Of a stretch of 64,000 bases of DNA, positions 13,713 to 27,500 are shown piece after piece. Every line of letters starts with the position of its first letter. The stretch's first letter is position 1. The position numbers and the translations under genes were made by a program. Source of the stretch: Nemertoderma westbladi (taxonomy: Eukaryota; Animalia; Xenacoelomorpha); NCBI GenBank assembly GCA_032718475.1, contig JAUCBJ010003840.1, forward strand, positions 2,184 through 66,183, written 5' to 3'. A model generated the notes under the pieces. That model ran no database searches. It was given only the letters and a program-made list of their open reading frames with translations, and was not told the DNA's origin.

Positions 13713-14359
13713 TTTAATGGAAAGGCCCAAACTGCAGATATATTACTTGCCAAGTTTAGTAAGTTTGTGTTTACTCAGTCACTATATCCCAGACAGTAAG
13801 CAAACATCAACTGTTAGTTTGCAATGTACAGTATTATCCCAGCTGAATAGGTAGCTCTTCCCAGTGAATCCTATGGGAATATCTACAACGACACTGTGCT
13901 GTTAGGTGGCAAGCCAGCTGAATGAATTTTAGTTTGCCAGAGTACTTCTGTTGACTATCGGGTACAAAGTGTATTGAAATGTTGGCCTACTCTGCTATAA
14001 TTATAATATAATTGTTGTATTTAATTACAGTAATATAATATCTCGGTTTAAATGGAAACATCCCAACTTGTTTTATTTACAAAAATAAGAACGAATTATT
14101 GTCCTTTACTTCTTTAGCGCGATTGTATTGAATTCATGACAACTGCTGATATTATTATTAATCAATTGACACCTCGACTCCTCTCTGAGACTCCGACTAC
14201 TCTATCCGATAGAACAAAATAATCATTTCGCTAACTGCTCTCTATCTTGTATAATCACAACAGCTTTTATAATTCATTAGCTGATTACAACGGAATAATT
14301 TTAGTTTGAAACTGTGTATAAAATTGCTCGTACACCGGGACTACGCTCAGGGCTCAGAC

Positions 14360-14529
14360 GGTTGGGTGCAATCTTCGCCCGCGTCCAACCTTCGCCCGAT
14401 TGGGGGAAAGGCGTAGGTTACAGACACAATAGGTTAAAGACACGAATTTTTCTAACCAAAACAATAAACGAGGTTGTTAACACTCATTTTGAGGGCGAAG
14501 ATGCTCCGGGCGAAGTTTGCAGCGTCCCC
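14360..14529. mobile_element. MITE with 8-bp target site duplication
   Basis: Flanked by direct repeat GCTCAGAC (14352-14359, 14530-14537); subterminal inverted CTTCGCCCG/CGGGCGAAG motifs. Confidence 0.6.
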
Positions 14530-15990
14530 GCTCAGACTAATTTATCAGACAGAACAAAAAGCTTTCACTTGAATCGCACTGGCTCCTACGACATGCTTCA
14601 CGAGCCGCTAGGCTCATCTCTAGCATATTATTAAAACTATTTAAGGCAGGGAAAATCCTGGAAGGATTTAGGAATTGGATTTATAGACTTTGATTATGAC
14701 AAAAATGAAGTTACATCAGAGTAATTAAACTTATAGGCAAGTTATAATTAAACTTTAAACGAGAAATATCATAACAAACATAGTTAATATAAAGAAACAA
14801 ATAATATGGCTCTTATGTAACCAACATTATATAAAACCTTATCTAATAGAATGCCACACCAAATTTAATTGTTTTGTGACATTATTGATTAATTAATTAG
14901 TCGCCATAAAAAATATAAATACAAATAAATAGGAAATGTAGAACCCAAACAGCCATAGAAAAATAAATAGATAATGTTTGCTATAATCATTACGCACCCG
15001 AGCGAAACACTGATTGTTATAAATAAGGCAGAAACAAAGTAAGATCAAGTAGCTAGTCATCATATCCCATTCGCAAAAGATAAGTCGCCACAACACAATA
15101 TAGAGAGAAAAAAACAGAAAATCAAATTGCAGGATAAAATATATTTTATTCGGATTGTTACTTTTTCGCTCACACCAAAATCGGGAGCAAAAGGAGTACT
15201 TTTCTTCCCTAAGAAATAAAGTAACCCATATGATTGCATTGATTTTACTTTTTTCCCGGCGAAAAAAGTAAAATAAAATATTTTTGTTTAAATTTCTTAA
15301 ATTTTATTACATGTGTTGAAGATAATCGAAGTAGAAAAGAGGGTTTTTGAGAGAGGGCACGTAATTTGAGCAAAATCCATTGACACACTCAGAAGTTATT
15401 GAAAATTTAGTGTCTACATGGCGAACACCAAAACAGAACTTAATATCCAATATTAGCTTATGTGTAGTTAAGCGGCTCTCTAGTAACGTAATAAATATTC
15501 GAGAACACTAAATTATTTAACATTGAGTAAGGCAGCATCAGGAGTTGAAGAGTACAGTAATTTGAATCGCAGTAACTATGGAAGCATTATTTTGTAACAC
15601 TATCTCGCTCTATCTTTTAAGAATTGAGCAACAAAAAAGTACCAATTTAAGTATAAAATTACGTATTACATGGGAAAAAAAACGTATAATATTTTTTTTC
15701 AATATTCTCTCGACCCTTTATTATTTACATGGCTCTATGTAAATAAAATAGTGAAGAAAAGTTAAACTTTTTTCCCCAAATAATAAATAATTATTATTAG
15801 AAACTTGAAACATTACAACTACTCCATAAATTCGACAGGTATGTAATGTTTATATGATATTTAACTTTATTTTACTCCAATGTCCGATTATTTCATGCCA
15901 ATGAATTGTATTAACATGCAATATGAACATAACATCATCCAAAATGTAACCCGGTAGCATATTAGGCATATGAATAGTGCGACGTAGCAA

Positions 15991-17926
15991 CCAAGGGTGC
16001 GACATAGACAGGTTTGTACAACGGTCCCATCGTTCCCAAGGGTGCGACACAGACAGGTTTGTACAACGGTCCCATCGTTCCCAAGGGTGCGACACAGACA
16101 GGTTTGTACAACGGTCCCATCGTTCCCAAGGGTGCGACACAGACAGGTTTGTACAACGGTCACATCGTTCCCAAGGGTGCGACACAGACAGGTTTGTACA
16201 ACGGTCCCATCGTTCCCAAGGGTGCGACACAGACAGGTTTGTACAACGGTCCCATCGTTCCCAAGGGTGCGACACAGACAGGTTTGTACAACGGTCCCAT
16301 CGTTCCCAAGGGTGCGACACAGACAGGTTTGTACAACGGTCACATCGTTCCCAAGGGTGCGACACAGACAGGTTTGTACAACGGTCACATCGTTCCCAAG
16401 GGTGCGACACAGACAGGTTTGTACAACGGTCCCATCGTTCCCAAGGGTGCGACACAGACAGGTTTGTACAACGGTCCCATCGTTCCCAAGGGTGCGACAC
16501 AGACAGGTTTGTACAACGGTCACATCGTTCCCAAGGGTGCGACACAGACAGGTTTGTACAACGGTCACATCGTTCCCAAGGGTGCGACACAGACAGGTTT
16601 GTACAACGGTCCCATCGTTCCCAAGGGTGCGACACAGACAGGTTTGTACAACGGTCCCATCGTTCCCAAGGGTGCGACACAGACAGGTTTGTACAACGGT
16701 CCCATCGTTCCCAAGGGTGCGACACAGACAGGTTTGTACAACGGTCACATCGTTCCCAAGGGTGCGACACAGACAGGTTTGTACAACGGTCCCATCGTTC
16801 CCAAAGGTGCGACACAGACAGGTTTGTACAACGGTCCCATCGTTCCCAAGGGTGCGACACAGACAGGTTTGTACAACGGTCACATCGTTCCCAAGGGTGC
16901 GACACAGACAGGTTTGTACAACGGTCCCATCGTTCCCAAGGGTGCGACACAGACAGGTTTGTACAACGGTCACATCGTTCCCAAGGGTGCGACACAGACA
17001 GGTTTGTACAACGGTCACATCGTTCCCAAGGGTGCGACACAGACAGGTTTGTACAACGGTCACATCGTTCCCAAGGGTGCGACACAGACAGGTTTGTACA
17101 ACGGTCCCATCGTTCCCAAGGGTGCGACACAGACAGGTTTGTACAACGGTCACATCGTTCCCAAGGGTGCGACACAGACAGGTTTGTACAACGGTCACAT
17201 CGTTCCCAAGGGTGCGACACAGACAGGTTTGTACAACGGTCCCATCGTTCCCAAGGGTGCGCCACAGACAGGTTTGTACAACGGTCACATCGTTCCCAAG
17301 GGTGCGACACAGACAGGTTTGTACAACGGTCACATCGTTCCCAAGGGTGCGACACAGACAGGTTTGTACAACGGTCCCATCGTTCCCAAGGGTGCGACAC
17401 AGACAGGCTTGTACAACGGTCCCATCGTTCCCAAGGGTGCGACACAGACAGGTTTGTACAACGGTCCCATCGTTCCCAAGGGTGCGACACAGACAGGTTT
17501 GTACAACGGTCACATCGTTCCCAAGGGTGCGACACAGACAGGTTTGTACAACGGTCACATCGTTCCCAAGGGTGCGACACAGACAGGTTTGTACAACGGT
17601 CACATCGTTCCCAAGGGTGCGACACAGACAGGTTTGTACAACGGTCCCATCGTTCCCAAGGGTGCGACACAGACAGGTTTGTACAACGGTCCCATCGTTC
17701 CCAAGGGTGCGACACAGACAGGTTTGTACAACGGTCCCATCGTTCCCAAGGGTGCGACACAGACAGGTTTGTACAACGGTCCCATCGTTCCCAAGGGTGC
17801 GACACAGACAGGTTTGTACAACGGTCCCATCGTTCCCAAGGGTGCGACACAGACAGGTTTGTACAACGGTCCCATCGTTCCCAAGGGTGCGACACAGACA
17901 GGTTTGTACAACGGTCACATCGTTCC
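15991..17926. repeat. 45-bp minisatellite, ~43 copies
   Basis: Unit CCAAGGGTGCGACACAGACAGGTTTGTACAACGGTC(C/A)CATCGTTC. Confidence 0.97.
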
Positions 17927-18524
17927 TTTAATGAACAACATTATACATGGACCAGTGAATGTTTCAAGTTTCTAATAAAACGTTACGCATTTATTTGTTG
18001 TATAAGTAATCGAATATTTCATTACAGGAAGATAAAAATCGACTGTAAAACAAAGTGCAAGAATATTTTCAATGAAATAAATAACAAATTAATAAACTAT
18101 TTTAATGTCTTAACCAAATTAAATCTGTCCACAAAAAATGTATCCATCCATGAAATAATAATACCCAACAAAAAGATTATTCCACCAATGTTCAGAAAAT
18201 ATACCTTCTCAATTAATAGAAAAACTAATGAAAATCATTAATAATTATAAATAAATGATATTAATTGCAATAATGATAATAATAACTATAAGTAAATAAT
18301 ACATTAAATTAATATAAATAAATAGACATAAAGTTAATATATAGCACATGAATTAAAGAGCATAATTAATGTAAAGTGGTATTAATTGGTATAAGATAAT
18401 ATTAGGTATCTGGATAATAAAAGCTCCATTAATAATTAATTATCTAAGAAAACCAATAATAATAAATAGTTTCAACAATTATTTTACCTCCAATAAAACA
18501 ATCTAATCTTATAAATTATTGTAA

Positions 18525-21500
18525 TTAAAAAAAGGTAAGATCTGGACTTGAGATAACATTGTAAGTAATTGTTCCTTGTTTCTTATGTTCCACTCTGTCT
18601 GTAGAATGCAACGGACAGTTTGAATAAGTCAACTTCTTGCCGAACTCACGAGTTGGGGCGATAAATACACAGCCCATAAACTGGTCGCGAACGAGATTCG
18701 AGTTCCAAACCTGGACAAACAATAAATATCGAATACCCGTAACACTTTATTTACGGTTAGGGTTCCTCTTTATTTTAATCATATTTAAGAAACTTTTAAG
18801 GTATAAGGGGGGGGGGGGGGGGGGGGGGTTATGGCTTGGAAGTCATCATTTTGAAATGCTTACTGCACCAAAAAGCGAAAGAGCGAGTAGAAAAAAAAGT
18901 GTAAGATACATTTTGGGTGGACTATATTGAATTGTAATATTACCAAAAAAAAAAATAATTTTTGACGCCACTTAGCGGCCAGAGCCAAAATTGACATTTC
19001 TGACTTAAAATGCTTCTCCTTTGTTATACTTTATTTTCAGAAGTTGTAACCTGTTTTTTTGGAATCAGCATGGCCGATCATTAACAAACCACCTCAGAGG
19101 GTAGAGGCTGGCAGAGGCCCAAGGGAGGTAGATTCATGGGGTGATATAAGCTAACCAATGGGAGGGCTGCACCTGGCGGTTTAGAGTGTTGTATCGACCA
19201 GAGGCCAATGTAATGTGATGGCCTACTATTTTCCCTTTATATTACCGGTCACGTGCATTGTGCAATCAGTTGGCATTTATTCTGTGTAGTAGAGTTGAAA
19301 TAGTTTTCCACCGCTACGCTGTGCTATCATCACTACCGGTACACTGTATTCATCAGTCAGTTGATTAATAGTAAAGTTCACCAAAGAAACTCCTTTATTT
19401 TACCAAATCAGTCAGTCCAACCACCAGTCAGCCATTAGCCGTCGCGCACGTAGGGAACATCACCAAAGTCAAACGGTCGGGATCTCAGTCTAACCTGGAT
19501 CCCGACCCACCAAGTTTTCAAAGAAGCATTGTTTTTTCGTATAAAATGTTATAACCGTTGAACAATTATAAAATTGAAAAAAATGGCTCGAATTTTATTA
19601 TTGCGCACACAAGCAGCTTTCATTTGATACCAAAAACTAACAAATTGGTTGAAAAATGGTGGAGGACTTCCCGCGCAAAAACTGTCCGCGAATATGTGAG
19701 AATAATAATTGAACGACATACTGACTAACATAACACAAGTGTCTTTAATTCTTGTCTTTACCTTTTACTTAATAAATATGTGAAAATGTCTGTCAATATA
19801 TTATATAGCAACACGAAAGCACAAAACCATGCTAAGATTTTAGCTATGGGGATTTTCCTGGTCGCTGAGATTTAATTTCTGAGGTCAGTTCTAACTTTTA
19901 ATCCATGAAATCTAGTTAATCTGTTTCCTGTCTGTCGGTCTTTCTGACTATCCTACGATCTGTTCGTCAAATATAAGAAAAAAGGGCAGATCTTCTAGCT
20001 AAAGGTTTAGCTCTAGAGGTTTTTTCAGGGTCGCAGAATCCATTTCGAGTGTCAGTTTTAACATTTGCTGACTTCCGAATTGTCAGTTTGGCTGTCGGTT
20101 ATATTTTACGTCTATTTTTGACGGACAGGCGGACAGGCTTACTAAGAGGAACGATGACACCAAATTTGAATATTGATATCAGGAATGAAGTCAAGGACCA
20201 AGAAAACCTATAGGAAATTTTTTAGACATATATTGTGAATTATATTGTTTTGGAGACATACTGACGGACAGACCGACAGTAAAACGGACAGACAGCCATA
20301 TTTCGAGGAGTAAGAAAGATCTTGCTAAACAGATTTCATATTTGGAATCTTGATAAAAATCTGCTCTAGATGAAATAGAAAAAAAAATTGGAAAAAACAT
20401 TTGAAAGCCAGTACCTACCCCCAACCCCCCCCCCCCCCCCCCCCCCCGTAAATGTATTATTGAATGGGTATGATGTTATGTAGACCAGTGCATCAGTAAC
20501 TATCACATACAATGAATAGTTTCACTTTCATTCCACCTTCAGTTAACCAACCTGTAAAGTAATAGGTTTATCAGGTTTCTTTCTGTAGATAATAAATGTG
20601 ACCTTCCATGTTGGGTTCACTGTATTCTTTCTTACAGGGCTGCAGACTTTCTGTCCTTCACAATGAACATAGGCATAAGGGTCAGCTCCTGTAACCAATT
20701 AAACAGTATAAATTAAATTAAACAGGTTTTTAAGAATAAATACCGGAAATATGTACCTACCTGCTCACCAACCTACATCCAGCTCACCAACCTACCTCCT
20801 GCTCACCAACCTACCTCCAGCTCACCAACCTACCTCCAGCTCACCAACCTACCCCCAGCTCACCAACCTACATCCAGCTCACCAACCTACCTCCAGCTCA
20901 CCAACCTACCTCCAGCTCACCAGCCACCTCCAGCTCACCAACCTACCCCCAGCTCACCAACCTACATCCAGCTCACCAGCCTACCTCCAGCTCACCAACC
21001 TACCTTCAGCTCACCAACCTACCTCCAGCTCACCAGCCTACCTCCAGCTCACCAACCTACCTCCAGCACACCAGCCTACCTCCAGCACACCAACCTACCT
21101 CCAGCACAGCAGCCTACCTCCAGATCACCAACCTACCTCCAGCTCACCAGCCTACCTCCAGCTGACCAACCTACCTCCAGGTCACCAGCCTACCTCTAGC
21201 TGATCAACCTACTTCCAGCTCACCAGCCTACCACCAGCTCACCAGTCTACATCCACCTCACCAACCTACCTCCAGCTCACCAACCTACCTCCAGCTCACC
21301 AACCTACCTCCAGCTCACCAACCTACCTCCAGCTCACCAGCCTACCTCCAGCTCACCAGCCTACCCCCAGCTCACCAGCCTACCTCCAGCTCACCAACCT
21401 ACCTCCAGCTCACCAGCCAACCCCCAGCTCTCCAACCTACCTCCAGCTCACCAACCTACCTCCAGCTCACCAACCTACCTCCAACTCACCAGCCTACCTC

Positions 21501-24500
21501 CAGCTCACCAGCCTACCTCCAGCTCACCAACCTACCTCCAGCTCACCAACCTACCTCCAGCTCACCAACTTACCATCAGCTCACTAGCCTACCTCCAGCT
21601 CACCAACCTACCCCCAGCTCACCAACCTACCTCCAGCTCACCAGCCTACCTCCAGCTCACGAACCTACCTCCAGCTTACCAACCTACCTCCAACTCACTA
21701 ACCTACCTCCAGCTCACCAATCTACCTCCAGCTTACCAACCTACCTCCAACTCACTAACCTACCTCCAGCTCACCAATCTACCTCCAGCTCACCAACCTA
21801 CCTCCAGCTCACCAACCTACCTCCAGCTCATCAGCCTACCTCCAGCTCACCAACCTACATCCAGCTCACCAGCCTACCTCCAGCTCACCAGCCCACCTCC
21901 AGCTCACCAGCCTACCTCCAGCTCACCAACCTACCTCCAGCTCACCAACCTACTTCCAGCTCACCAGCCTACCTCCAGCTCACCAGCCTACCTCCAGCTC
22001 ACCAACCTACCTCCAGCTCACCAACCTACCTCCAGCTCACCAGCCTACCTCCAGCTCACCAACCTACATCCAGCTCACCAGCCTACCTCCAGCTCACCAG
22101 CCTACCTCCAGCTCACCAGCCTACCTCCAGCTCACCAACCTACCTCCAGCTCACCAACCTACCTCCAGCTCACCAGCCTACCTCCAGCTCACCAGCCTAC
22201 CTCCAGCTCACCAACCTACCTCCAGCTCACCAACCTACCTCCAGCTCACCAGCCTACCTCCAGCTCACCAGCCTACCTCCAGCTCACCAGCCTACCTCCA
22301 GCTCACCAACCTACATCCAGCTCACCAGCCTACCCCCACCTCACCAACCTACCTCCAGCTCACCAACCTACCTCCAGCTCACCAACCTACCTCCAACTCA
22401 CCAGCCTACCTCCAGCTCACCAGCCTACCCCCAGCTCACCAACCAACCTCCAGCTCACCAACCTACCTCCAGCTCACCAACCTACCTCCAGCTCACCAAC
22501 CCACCTCCAGCTCACCAGCCTACCTCCAGCTCACCAACCTACCTTCAGCTCATCAACCTACCTCCAGCTCACCAACCTACCTCCAGCTCACCAGCCTACC
22601 TCCAGCTCACCTCCAGCTCACCAGCCTACCTCCAGGACACCAACCTACCTCCAGCTCACCAACATACCTCCAGCACCGATCTTATCCTGACGACTGAGGT
22701 TGTACGCGCTAACAACTTCAATTCGAGTAACGAGTTTGGGGTATCCAAGGAGACCGGACATACAATCACGAATCGGCGCCGGATCAACTAATTCCCTATA
22801 AGAGTACAATAATAATAACAATACTGTAGGTAGAGTGGAGTGGACAGTGGTACAGTGGAGTTGTACAAGAGGGAAAAAATCGTAAATCAGAAATAGGTTT
22901 GAAATAGACCACATCAAGGTGCCGTAGTGATCCAGGTACATTCGACACCACCCCCCCCCCCCCCTCACCTATACCCCCCCTTCCCCCCAAACCCTCCATA
23001 ACTACTCACCTACAATCGGCCTCACTAGACGAGAATATACGTAACATAAAGTCTCCAACTAGACTCGGTTCGAACGTCGTTGGTATAACAACGTAACGGC
23101 CGACATCGAGGTTAAACCGTTGGAAGTTATTGCGGGTGTTGATGTAATTAACTTTGCCAACAACCTCCATGGCGTTCTGCAATCTGAATTCCCTGTTCAT
23201 TTCAACCTGAGTCAACCCGTAATAGCAGACCATTAGTATTTTTAATCACAATAAATAAATAATTATTTTAGAACAACTTGAGACTTTAGAACAACTTGAG
23301 ACTTTAGAACGACTTGAGACTTTAGAACGACTTGAGACTTTAGAACAACTTTAATGTACTTGTTTTCCACTTTACATTTGTACTCTTTGGGAAAGGAGAA
23401 GGTTACAGTAACAGTGTTTCTACCAAATGTCATATTGTGAGATTGACAATAATAAATATACAAGTCAATCAATAAAATTGTCCCTCTATCCCGCAATCTA
23501 GGTTAATTTTCAGTTTGGTAACGATAAAACGGCGCCTCTAATTGCAGCGGTGACCGCACTTCTGTCTAAAAATAGCTCTCCCCTTGTGTTATTGATGTAA
23601 TATAATCACTATACTAAACTACTGTATATACCGATACGATACACTTCCAAACAATAGAAAAAATATAAAATTATATTCCTACCGGTGTTCAATAAAGTTA
23701 GTGGAAGACCAATAAGGAGAAAAAAATGGTCGAAAATCTACATAATTTATCTAAGTATAAAATATGTTACGTAAACAAAAAAGTATTAATTATAAAAAAG
23801 TATTAAAAATCCAAACGAGTGTTAATTCGTCTATAGCAAACGGTACACTACCTCACTGGCAATATGATAAGAAAATAGAAAGATGGAAGCGGATTAGTGA
23901 AATTGATTCAGGTTGTAGCATTTTGGTGTAGGGAGGTATAAATAAATAGGGAATACTGTTGTATATTCAAAAGTTAATCGTCTTAAAACAGTTGAGTACA
24001 AACTATTTTTGAAATGATGAGTTAGTTATGATGATGAATTATTTTAATTTTTAAATTTAATCTAATTTAGAATATTGAGGTAAACTTTTAAGTTTATTAA
24101 ATCAGGGGACATCCGTTGAACACCACCACCAACCCCGTTCTACATTGTTTTCCAGGTATCGAGCAGTGGAGGATGATAACTGGAAATTAACATATTCGAA
24201 TATCATAATACCAAATCATAATTATGAATAAAGTTTACAAAGTTTCCATTTAATATATTACTTATATTAATTACTTATCTATTATATTATGAATAAATGT
24301 ATTGTAGAAATAATACATTTATAGTTTATATTCTATAAATAATAATAATAAAATATACTTTTTATATTACAACATTTTACAAAGTACTAAATAGCTGGGT
24401 AATTCTAGAATTATCCAATTTACACCAAAATGCTTAAGAAATCAATTTGGTGCTGTACAAATCAATGAATGACCTTCATAACGGCAAACCCGATTGTGTA

Positions 24501-27500
24501 GTTGTGAGGCGCGTTACCGTATAGGCGTAAATTATCCTGTAATACTTCAATCATAACGTTGTAGCTATGTCCGTCGTGATCGTCACTGGAGATTTCCGTT
24601 ATGTCAAATTTATACTGAATAATTAAAATTACTTATAATATAAGTAAATAATAATATAAAGTAAATATAATATAATATGAGACATAAAATACAGTTACAT
24701 AAAGTGCGACAATGAGAGAAGTGCAACACATGCGAACACATACACACACAATAGTGGCAGCAATAAGTGCAACAATCTCTGTTACACATGAGAACAAAAA
24801 CACACACAATAGTGGCAGCAATAAGTGCAACAATCTCTGTAACACATGCGAACACATACACACACAATAGTGGCAGCAATAAGTGCAACAATCTCTGTAA
24901 CACATGCGAACACATACACACACAATAGTGGCAGCAATAAGTGCAACAATCTCTGCAACAAATGAGAACAAAAACCCAAACAATAGTGGCAGCAATAAGT
25001 GCAACAATCTCTGTTACACATGAGAACAAAAACACACACAATAGTGGCAGCAATAAGTGCAACAATCTCTGTAACACATGCGAACACATACACACACAAT
25101 AGTGGCAGCAATAAGTGCAACAATCTCTGTAACACATGCGAACACATACACACACAATAGTGGCAGCAATAAGTGCAACAATCTCAGTAACACATGCGAA
25201 CACATACACACACAATAGTGGCAGCAATAAGTGCAACAATCTCTGTAACACATGCGAACACATACACACACAATAGTGGCAGCAATAAGTGCAACAATCT
25301 CTGTAACACATGCGAACACATACACACACAATAGTGGCAGCAATAAGTGCAACAATCTCTGTAACACATGCGAACACATACACACACAATAGTGGCAGCA
25401 ATAAGTGCAACAATCTCTGCAGCAAATGAGAACAAAAACCCAAACCATAGTGACAGCAATAAGTGCGACAGCTACTAACTATAGTAACACATGAAAACAG
25501 AAACGAATACTAACAAAATTCGATTTAATGACAGTTTGCCACTGTTTATCGAACAATAACGTGGTCCGTGCTATAGAAGCAAGTGATGAACATTTATAGA
25601 GACCGGGGGAGGGGGGGGGGGGGGGGGTTAATAAAACACGGTTTTATCGGAAATCTTTTCCGACATTAATTACGTAAACTTTATGTACAATTAAATTTAG
25701 AATTATAATTTTCGTTGACACAGATGATCAAAAAAATGACGTCCAGATCGATAGGAGGTCTCGCGCTCTAACCATTCAGCTAGCGGCTCAGGTAAAAGGT
25801 AGACCTGGAAATACTACCTGATACATTGTATCTCCGCAATTTACGTCCCCATGGACTCCTATCCGTAAATACTAATAGTCTGCAGTCACTGTGCTCAACC
25901 CCACACTATACCTGAAATAAGGCACCATGCGTGTTCTCTCCATGAGGCTTCCAAAGCACAAGATTATGCACTGGCTGGTCCTCAGCTGGAGTGGCTGGCT
26001 GGAGTACTGGTACTACTGCTGCTCTAAAATAACGCACCTTAAGTTTCCGATGTATGCGAATTCCAAATGCCAAAGAAACAAAAATAGAGCAAAAATAGTA
26101 AATCATGTACATCCTTATCCATAGCACCAGTATTTTTACGAAACAGAATATAGTCTATGTGGGACTTATGACCAGTTTTAGTAGATAGCTTCCAGTTCGC
26201 TTCTTCAACTGGGTCACTTCAGAAAACAACCCACGTCCAGAATGAAATCAAATCGCTGTAGATAGCAGGAAAGATGCATACTGATCCATAGAATAGGGTA
26301 GAAAGGTTCCTCCTTCTCTACTGGGGATCAGTTTTCTAGAACATGAGAAAAAAGTGACAGTGATCGGTGAAATTGTGAGACACGAAACACCCGAGGCTCC
26401 TCTCTCTCGGCATCCGAAGTGGCTTCTGATGTTGCGGTTGGTGATTTCGTATATATTTTATCCAAAGAGAAATGAACTACATGTGGAGTTATATTCATAA
26501 GTATACAAATTCTCAAACTCAACACATGTTCTTGATCAAAACTTTATCAGTCTGCCAGGGCTGTCAGCTCGACTTTGTAGACCCGGGGATTGGGGACCCG
26601 AGTGTTAGGATATTAACTCAGGCAAGTCTAGTGATTTGCCTCAGATTCCCCAATAATAGCTTGGTTGATGGGGCTGGACCGTGTGAGTAGCCTCCAACTC
26701 CAGAATTCCACTCCCACTCACAATCTAACCTCCCTTTGTGACGATAGGAACTAATTGTTGGCCGCTTTCTCCCCGGTAGGCGGTAAGACACGCATCCGGT
26801 CACCGGTAGGCGGTAAGACACGCATCCGGTCACCGGTAGGCGGTAAGACACGCATCCGGTTAGGCGATAACTGACGGCTGTGAGGCGATTTGTGTCGGGT
26901 TATTCCACTAGCACTCTGTCGTCGGACCTCCGCATTATTTATATATTCTATAGTGGTGGTGCGAATTTGCTATGCTAGGCCAAAGGAAATTATATTAATA
27001 TGCAACCACTTATTACCCAAAATACCAAAAATAAATATAAATAACTTAAAACGTTTAGTAAAAGCACCCCCCTTCCCCCTCCACAGTATAAAATGACCAA
27101 TAGCAGCCCACCACCACAATGAGAAGCCAGGCAGAGCCAGCCACACGCCATCTACCTTCATTACAGTGAATCCGATAGAAAAGTTTTCATGTCGAGTTAA
27201 ATGGGCTTGGGTGATCTCGATCATAACATCGTCACAATCTGTTTGATCAAAGACGTACTGGATGGCAGTAAAATAAATAATTAATGTAACACAGTGATTG
27301 GCTAGATCGAGTACTGGGTCATCCTTCCGTCCGTCCGTCCGTCCGTCCGTCCGTCCGTCCGTCCGTCCGTCCGTCCGTCCGTCCGTTAAACCGTACCTAC
27401 CTGTGGATTTTGTAACCAAATGTTCTTATTGTTGCTACAACCTCCACATCTGTTTGTCAGCGGGTTTGACGTCGACACCCACCCGCCTATAAACAATGCC

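Noticed and set aside
15850-18241. Long repetitive ORFs of 644-754 aa on both strands
   Set aside because: Artefact of a stop-poor 45-bp unit; open in five frames with no unique domain.
19060-19515. Possible solo LTR
   Set aside because: No convincing TG...CA ends with a target site duplication.
25912-26023. Exon-like segment (ttttag|...cag|gtatag) as a third alternative calpain exon
   Set aside because: 112 nt, incompatible with phase 0-0, and no similarity to domain III.
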